Under the pieces are notes generated by a model. It saw nothing but the letters and a program-made list of their open reading frames with translations, made no database searches and was not told the DNA's origin. From Candidatus Eiseniibacteriota bacterium (GTDB taxonomy: Bacteria; Eisenbacteria; RBG-16-71-46), in contig CAVUWA010000010.1 of assembly GCA_963744995.1 (NCBI GenBank), forward strand, positions 672,001 through 736,000: 64,000 bases of DNA, in the 5' to 3' direction. A program made the position numbers and the translations under genes. Shown here piece by piece: positions 63,476-64,000 of the stretch; the first letter of the stretch is position 1, and every line of letters begins with the position of its first letter.

Positions 63476-64000
63476 CAGTCGCGCTCCACGATGAATGCGG
63501 CGCCCTGGCCGCCGCCCACGCACAGGCTCGCCATACCACGCTTCAGCCCCCGGCGCCGCATCTCCATGAGCAGCGTCAGGATCAGCCGCGCGCCGCTCGC
63601 CCCGACCGGATGGCCGAGCGCGATCGCGCCGCCGTTCACGTTCAGCCGGTCGAGCGGGATCTCGCCCAGCGCCCCGTCACGGCCCAGCTCGGCGCGGGCG
63701 AACGCATCCGAGCGTGCCGCGTGGAGACAGGCCAGCACCTGCGCGGCGAATGCCTCGTTGATCTCGAACAGCTCCATGTCGTCGAGCGTCATGCCGGCGT
63801 GCTCGAGCGCGCGCGACATCGCGAACACCGGGCCGAGGCCCATCCGGGAGGGCGCAAGCCCCGCGAACGCGAACGCGCGCACCCGGCCGAGCGGCGGCAC
63901 GGGCCACTCCGAGGCCACCTGACCGCTCCCCACCAGCAGCGCCACCGCGCCGTCGGTCACCTGGCAGGCGTTGCCCACGGTCACGGTGCCGGTGCGGCGG
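63475..64000 (-). CDS. fadI: Acetyl-CoA C-acyltransferase (thiolase), 5'-truncated by the window edge
   Basis: EINEAFA, GHPVGASG and LCVGGGQG motifs; TGATG coupling to fadJ. Confidence 0.88.
   Translation of the reverse strand, partial: RRTGTVTVGNACQVTDGAVALLVGSGQVASEWPVPPLGRVRAFAFAGLAPSRMGLGPVFAMSRALEHAGMTLDDMELFEINEAFAAQVLACLHAARSDAFARAELGRDGALGEIPLDRLNVNGGAIALGHPVGASGARLILTLLMEMRRRGLKRGMASLCVGGGQGAAFIVERD

Overview
High-GC bacterial chromosome segment with about 50 genes. The FlgD/T9SS-like C-terminal domain, kinase-TolB propeller paralogs, DUF4159/DUF4175 cluster and folP-cdaA adjacency suggest an FCB-related diderm such as Ca. Eisenbacteria (inference). Core genes include korAB-type 2-oxoacid:ferredoxin oxidoreductase with a TrxR-like FNR, lemA, asnB, guaB, secDF, folP, cdaA, tRNA-Met(CAT), tilS-hpt-ftsH, an old yellow enzyme and fadJ/fadI. 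The most notable items are: (1) a translationally coupled, strongly degenerate chemosensory-like triad (MCP-like, CheA-like with eroded kinase motifs, REC-GAF) facing a sigma54-driven uncharacterised gene; (2) a decaying integron-type cassette cluster with three attC-like sites and no integrase at 12.9-14.4 kb; (3) a sigma54 activator with three upstream palindromes and a -24/-12 promoter driving OsmC plus two flavoproteins; (4) two candidate sRNAs; (5) small foldback elements with a shared core but different arms; (6) a Cys-rich DUF2946-like leader upstream of a CxxCxC beta-barrel. Two single-base frameshifts (sigma54 activator, ftsH tail) are probably sequencing errors. All calls come from reading the sequence and the ORF track; no searches were run.
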